From a virus (lineage: Duplodnaviria > Heunggongvirae > Uroviricota > Caudoviricetes), in the IMG/VR virus record IMGVR_UViG_2675903289_000006: DNA of 10,231 nt. The stretch is one strand, 5' to 3'. Position 1 is the first letter of the stretch, and every line of letters starts with the position of its first letter. The position numbers and the translations under genes were made by a program. Of the stretch, positions 6,272 through 10,231 are shown in pieces. The notes under the pieces were generated by a model. It did not search any database and was not told where the DNA came from. It saw only the letters and a program-made list of their open reading frames with translations.

Positions 6272-8734
6272 TCAGCTAATCGTGATGCCTGCAGTGGCTT
6301 TCTTCATCACCACAACCAGCAAATCGCTGATACTTGCTGTGGGATACCAGCCATNNNCCAGCCATGCCGATACAGAAAACTCCAGCGTCATGTGACCGTG
6401 ACCGGCAGGCATATCAATAACACCCGTATATATCAGCGTATTATCCAGGGTCGTTCGGTTATAAATTTCAGCACCGTTTTTCTTCACTATCAGGCGGCAT
6501 GACGAATAAATATTGTTATTCTTCCGCTCATGTTTAGCACCGCGAAACGCCACCGCGGGAATAACAATTTGCCGATCAAACGGCTGATCGTCATAAACCC
6601 TGACGGTAATGGTCCCTGATGGCCACCTCTCCGGTGCCCGGGAGTCCCGTGGGAAAGGTTTGCCCACTGTTTTAACGAGATCGCCTTCAATCTGGTTCGC
6701 GGACAATTTTCCCAGAACCCGACAGTTCTTATTAATCGTGACGTTGTTGAGCGTCCCGGAGTTCGCGTTCACGTTACCGCTGATATCGGCATTTTTCGCC
6801 GTCAGCCGTCCGCCAGGTGTCAGGGAAAATGCCGGAGGATTACCGCCGCTGGTAATGGTCGGAGCCGTCAGGCATTTCAGGAACACGTCGTTCATGAATA
6901 TCTGATCGCCCTGACCAACAAACATCGGCTTTGTGTTGCCATTCGCAGGATTAATCATCGCAATCCTGTCTGCCGCCAGCAGCACCTGACTCTGCATTCC
7001 TGCTGGCGTATTCTCAATACCGGCACCGATACCCGCAATATAAAGGCGTCCGTCCTTCATCTGTTGCAGCTTCACAGCCCACATGCTGTTCAGGTTATTA
7101 TTTGTATCAACCTGAACTTTCTGTATCTGCTGGATTGCAGCACTCTGATTTTCCAGTTTTTTATTGACGGTTTGCGTGATTTCATTGCTGACATTCGTAA
7201 TGGACGTCCTGATTTCAGTCAGGTCCGGCGCAAGCTGACCGTTATCAATCTGCGTCCACAACTCCTTGCCGAGATGCGTTTTATTGATCAACCCTTTATA
7301 AAAATTCAGATAACCTTCTGCATCATCGCTCGCCCGACCGATGGCCTCCACAAATGCCGATGGATTTCCACCGCTGGTAATGGTGGGGGCCGTCAGGCGT
7401 TTCAGGAACACGTCGTTCATGAATATCTGATCGCCCTGACCAACAAACATCGGTTTTGTGTTGCCATTCGCAGGATTAACCATCGCAATCCTGTCCGCCG
7501 CCAGCAGCACCTGACTCTGCATGCCGTCAGGGGTGTTCTCAATACCGGCACCAATACCCGCGATATAAAGGCGTCCGTCCTGCATCTGCTGCAGCTTCAC
7601 AGCCCACATGCTGTTCAGGTTATTATTTGTATCAACCTGAACCTTCTGTATCTGCTGAATTGCCGCACTCTGGTCTTCCAGTTTCTTATTGACGGTCTGC
7701 GTGATTTCATTGCTGACATCCGTAATGGACGTCCTGATTTCAGCCAGGTCAGGCGCAAGCTGACCGTTATCAATCTGCGTCCACAGCTCCTGAGCCAGAT
7801 GGGTTTTCCCTATCTCGCCTTTGAAAAAATCCAGATAACCGGATGCATCATCACTCGGCTGACCAACAGCCTCCACGAATGCCGATTTGCCAACGGTGTT
7901 CACACTGCGGATATAAAAGTAATAATCATGGCCCGGTTTGATATTGATACTGGCGGCTATCCAGTACAGCGCCGTGCCAAGATAGCGTGCTGTGGTTTCA
8001 ACCTGCCTGATATCCGCAATCCGCTTTTCCGAGAACCAGAACTCAAACTGTACCGTCGGATCATAAACCGCAAGATGCGGCGTGGCGGTTATCTGAAAAT
8101 AGCCCGGCGTCAGCTCAATCCGCGACAGCGCTGCCGGTGCGGCAATCCGGAACGATACCGACGCCGGATCGCCCTGCTGCCCCCACGCATTTACTGCCCG
8201 GACTGTCAGCCTGTAGTTCCCCAGCGCCAGTTGTGTGAAGCGGTAAGTGGTTTCCGTCGTCCGGGCCGTGCTGACCAGCCGCTCACTGCCGTCATCCGCT
8301 GTTACGGTCAGACGGAGCAGGAAGCTCACGCCCTTCACCACCTTCGGCGTGTCCCAGCGCGCCAGCACCTGATATTCCCCGCTGTCTGCGGTGACTTCGG
8401 CAGTCAGGTGCTGCACCGCTGGCGGCGTGACACCATTCACCGTGCCGCTCTGGTCGCCGTCAAAGTGCGCCCCGTTATCCACGATGGCTTCTTTTTCCGG
8501 CACATGCTGCACGGCGGTGATGGCATACGTGCCGTCGTCGTTCTCACGGATACTCACGCAGCGGAACAATCGCTGGTGCAGCGTCGGCAGCTTCAGCCCC
8601 CACACGCTGTATTCAGCAACACCGTCAGGAACACGGCTCACTTTTACCTTCACGCCGTCGGTGACGGACTGGACCTCCACGCTGACCGGATTCCCNCGAT
8701 ACCGACGCCGGATCGCCCTGCTGCCCCCGGGCAT
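6272..8734 (-). CDS. J: Host specificity protein J (tail tip / central fibre), downstream part: second FN3-like segment copy, two tandem 175-aa modules and the C-terminal receptor-binding domain
   Basis: The translation (...[233 protein letters not shown]...) closely matches the C-terminal half of lambda J as recalled. The frame is only continuous with the upstream J ORF if the single 'n' at 8696 is resolved; as written there is a +1 shift. A 3-nt N-run lies at 6356..6358. Confidence 0.9.
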   Translation of the reverse strand: MPGGSRAIRRRYXGNPVSVEVQSVTDGVKVKVSRVPDGVAEYSVWGLKLPTLHQRLFRCVSIRENDDGTYAITAVQHVPEKEAIVDNGAHFDGDQSGTVNGVTPPAVQHLTAEVTADSGEYQVLARWDTPKVVKGVSFLLRLTVTADDGSERLVSTARTTETTYRFTQLALGNYRLTVRAVNAWGQQGDPASVSFRIAAPAALSRIELTPGYFQITATPHLAVYDPTVQFEFWFSEKRIADIRQVETTARYLGTALYWIAASINIKPGHDYYFYIRSVNTVGKSAFVEAVGQPSDDASGYLDFFKGEIGKTHLAQELWTQIDNGQLAPDLAEIRTSITDVSNEITQTVNKKLEDQSAAIQQIQKVQVDTNNNLNSMWAVKLQQMQDGRLYIAGIGAGIENTPDGMQSQVLLAADRIAMVNPANGNTKPMFVGQGDQIFMNDVFLKRLTAPTITSGGNPSAFVEAIGRASDDAEGYLNFYKGLINKTHLGKELWTQIDNGQLAPDLTEIRTSITNVSNEITQTVNKKLENQSAAIQQIQKVQVDTNNNLNSMWAVKLQQMKDGRLYIAGIGAGIENTPAGMQSQVLLAADRIAMINPANGNTKPMFVGQGDQIFMNDVFLKCLTAPTITSGGNPPAFSLTPGGRLTAKNADISGNVNANSGTLNNVTINKNCRVLGKLSANQIEGDLVKTVGKPFPRDSRAPERWPSGTITVRVYDDQPFDRQIVIPAVAFRGAKHERKNNNIYSSCRLIVKKNGAEIYNRTTLDNTLIYTGVIDMPAGHGHMTLEFSVSAWLXXGWYPTASISDLLVVVMKKATAGITIS
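6836..7885 (-). repeat. In-frame tandem duplication (2 x 525 bp, 175 codons each) inside J
   Basis: Unit 1 (about 7361..7885) encodes [42 protein letters not shown]...[16 protein letters not shown]; unit 2 (about 6836..7360) encodes [42 protein letters not shown]...[16 protein letters not shown]. The nucleotide copies are roughly 90-95% identical, and no N lies at the junction. Confidence 0.85.
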
Positions 8735-9263
8735 TTACCGCCCGGACTGTCAGACTGTAATTCCCCAGCGCCAGCTGCCTGAAGCGGTATGTGGTTTCCG
8801 TCGTCCTGGCTGTGCTGACCAGCCGCTCACTGCCGTCGTCCGCTGCCACGGTCAGGCGAAGNNNNNNNNNNNNNNNNNNNNNNNNNNNNNNNNNNNNNNN
8901 NNNNNNNNNNNNNNNNNNNNNNNNNNNNNNNNNNACCTGATATTCCCCGCTGTCTGCGGTGACTTCGGCGGTCAGATGCTGCACCGCTGGCGGCGTGACA
9001 CCATTCACCGTGCCGCGCCGGTCACCGTCAAAGTGTGCCCCGTTATCCACGATGGCCTCTTTTTCCGGCACATGCTGCACGGCGGTGATGGCATACGTGC
9101 CGTCGTCGTTCTCACGGATACTCACGCAGCGGAACAATCGCTGGTGCAGCGTCGGCAGCTTCAGCCCCCACACGCTGTATTCTGCAACGCCGTCAGGAAC
9201 CCGGCTCACTTTCACCTTCACGCCGTCGGTGACGGACTGGACCTCCACGCTGACCGGATTGCC
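8153..9263 (-). repeat. Tandem duplication (about 543 bp per unit) of the FN3-like segment of J, with the junction at the single 'n' at 8696
   Basis: Both units encode [107 protein letters not shown]...[51 protein letters not shown]. They differ at a few residues (RR/QS, A/T, R/T, S/R, R/W). The upper unit contains N-run 8862..8934, whose 73 nt replace about 51 nt expected from the lower unit. Confidence 0.8.
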
Positions 9264-10231
9264 ACTTCCGTCAACCAGGCTTATCAGCGTGGTACCGGAG
9301 GACGGCAGCGTGATTTCACGGTCGAGCGTCAGCGTCCGGGTCTGGCTGTTCACCGCCAGTACGCGACCACCGGTGCTGATACCGGCATAATCATCATCGC
9401 AGATTTCAATGACATCACCCGGTACATGGCGAAGCCCTTCTGCGCCCACGCTGAAGTCCACGGTCTGCGTTTCCAGCAGTTCCGTTTTAATCAGCCACAG
9501 CCCGGCTCGGTGTGCCTGCCCCCGGCTGGTACAGCCAAAGGCATCCATCTTCGTGACATTACGACCGTAACGGGCAATGGCCTGCGTATCCTCCACAAGC
9601 TCTGTCGCCGTCTCCCAGCCGTTATCTGGGTCAATCCAGTTCACCTCAACGGCATTATGGCGGTCCTTCAGGGCGCTGAAGCTGTAGCGGAACGGCGCGC
9701 CATCGTCCGGCATCACCACATTACTGCGGTTATAGGTCCACACCTTATCCGACGGTCGGTCCTGCACGAACGTCAGCATCTGTCCGTTCCATACCGGCAT
9801 ACAGCGCATCGCCGAGCAGAAATCACTGAGAACATCCCACGCCTTACGCTGTGTGGTCAGGTAAGAGTTACAGGTGATGCGCGGCTCCGTGCCGCCAAAT
9901 CCGTCCGTCACTGACTGGTCGCAGTACTGGCCGATGACATACAGCGCCCATTTGTCCACATCTGCCGCACCAAGACGTTTCCCCATGCCGTAGCGCGGAT
10001 GAGTGAGCATGTCCCACAGACACCAGGCCATGTTGTTGCTGTATGCTGGCTTAAGCGTTCCGTCCCAGATACCGCTGTATTGCCGCGTCTGCGGGTTATA
10101 GTTCGACGGCACCTGCAGAATGCGCCCGCGAAGATGATAATTGCGACTCACCTGCTGGTTACCGAACTGCTCTGAATCCACCTGCACGCCGACCAGCGCC
10201 GTGTTCGGGTAGCACTGTTTCACATCGATGA
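8625..10231 (-). CDS. J: Host specificity protein J, upstream part (5' end beyond the window); frame ends 24 codons past the junction at 8696
   Basis: From the window edge the translation reads (ID)[103 protein letters not shown]..., matching the middle of lambda J as recalled. The ORF is open to the right-hand edge and contains N-run 8862..8934. Confidence 0.9.
   Translation of the reverse strand, partial: IDVKQCYPNTALVGVQVDSEQFGNQQVSRNYHLRGRILQVPSNYNPQTRQYSGIWDGTLKPAYSNNMAWCLWDMLTHPRYGMGKRLGAADVDKWALYVIGQYCDQSVTDGFGGTEPRITCNSYLTTQRKAWDVLSDFCSAMRCMPVWNGQMLTFVQDRPSDKVWTYNRSNVVMPDDGAPFRYSFSALKDRHNAVEVNWIDPDNGWETATELVEDTQAIARYGRNVTKMDAFGCTSRGQAHRAGLWLIKTELLETQTVDFSVGAEGLRHVPGDVIEICDDDYAGISTGGRVLAVNSQTRTLTLDREITLPSSGTTLISLVDGSGNPVSVEVQSVTDGVKVKVSRVPDGVAEYSVWGLKLPTLHQRLFRCVSIRENDDGTYAITAVQHVPEKEAIVDNGAHFDGDRRGTVNGVTPPAVQHLTAEVTADSGEYQXXXXXXXXXXXXXXXXXXXXXXXXXLRLTVAADDGSERLVSTARTTETTYRFRQLALGNYSLTVRAVNARGQQGDPASVSXESGQRGGPVRHRRREGKSEPCS

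Noticed and set aside
4056..6279. Small plus-strand ORFs antisense to the lom copies and the mosaic ORF (4056..4346, 4437..4631, 4510..4809, 5746..6003, 6088..6279)
   Set aside because: They are mirror images of the lom and lom-paralog coding sequence (near-identical pairs follow the duplication), with no ribosome-binding site or plausible product.
6836..9263. Diversity-generating retroelement (template/variable repeat pair) acting on the tail fibre
   Set aside because: The repeats are long coding tandem duplications (525 and 543 bp), not a short template/variable pair. Differences between copies are not confined to adenine positions, and no reverse transcriptase gene is present in the window.
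7064..9914. Long plus-strand ORFs 7064..8782 (572 aa) and 8391..9914 (507 aa)
   Set aside because: They lie antisense to J, whose minus-strand translation matches lambda J closely. Their translations are Arg/Cys/His-rich low-complexity sequence with no recognisable domain, and they repeat themselves because they mirror the J duplications. They are artefacts of GC-rich codon-biased coding DNA.

Overview
This window is the distal tail / tail-fibre module of a lambda-like prophage from an enterobacterium (most likely Escherichia coli), encoded entirely on the minus strand. Reading 5'->3' on the minus strand: host-specificity gene J (5' end beyond the window) -> hairpin terminator -> lom -> terminator -> a short mosaic ORF (Stf-like N-terminus joined across an N-run to a J-like C-terminal receptor-binding domain) -> terminator -> a truncated lom paralog -> terminator -> side tail fibre gene stf -> tail fibre assembly gene tfa -> AT-rich flank (1..204). 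Identifications rest on reading the ORF translations against recalled lambda J, Lom, Stf and Tfa proteins; no database search was run. The notable content is structural: a duplicated lom module, two tandem duplications inside J (one in-frame, one frame-breaking at a single 'n'), and the mosaic ORF. Six N-runs (305..384, 2934..2954, 5173..5409, 6356..6358, 8696, 8862..8934) interrupt the sequence, and at least the tfa one does not preserve length, so features adjacent to N-runs may be assembly artefacts. I found no RNA genes, CRISPR array, transposase, integrase or invertase, and no credible plus-strand gene.
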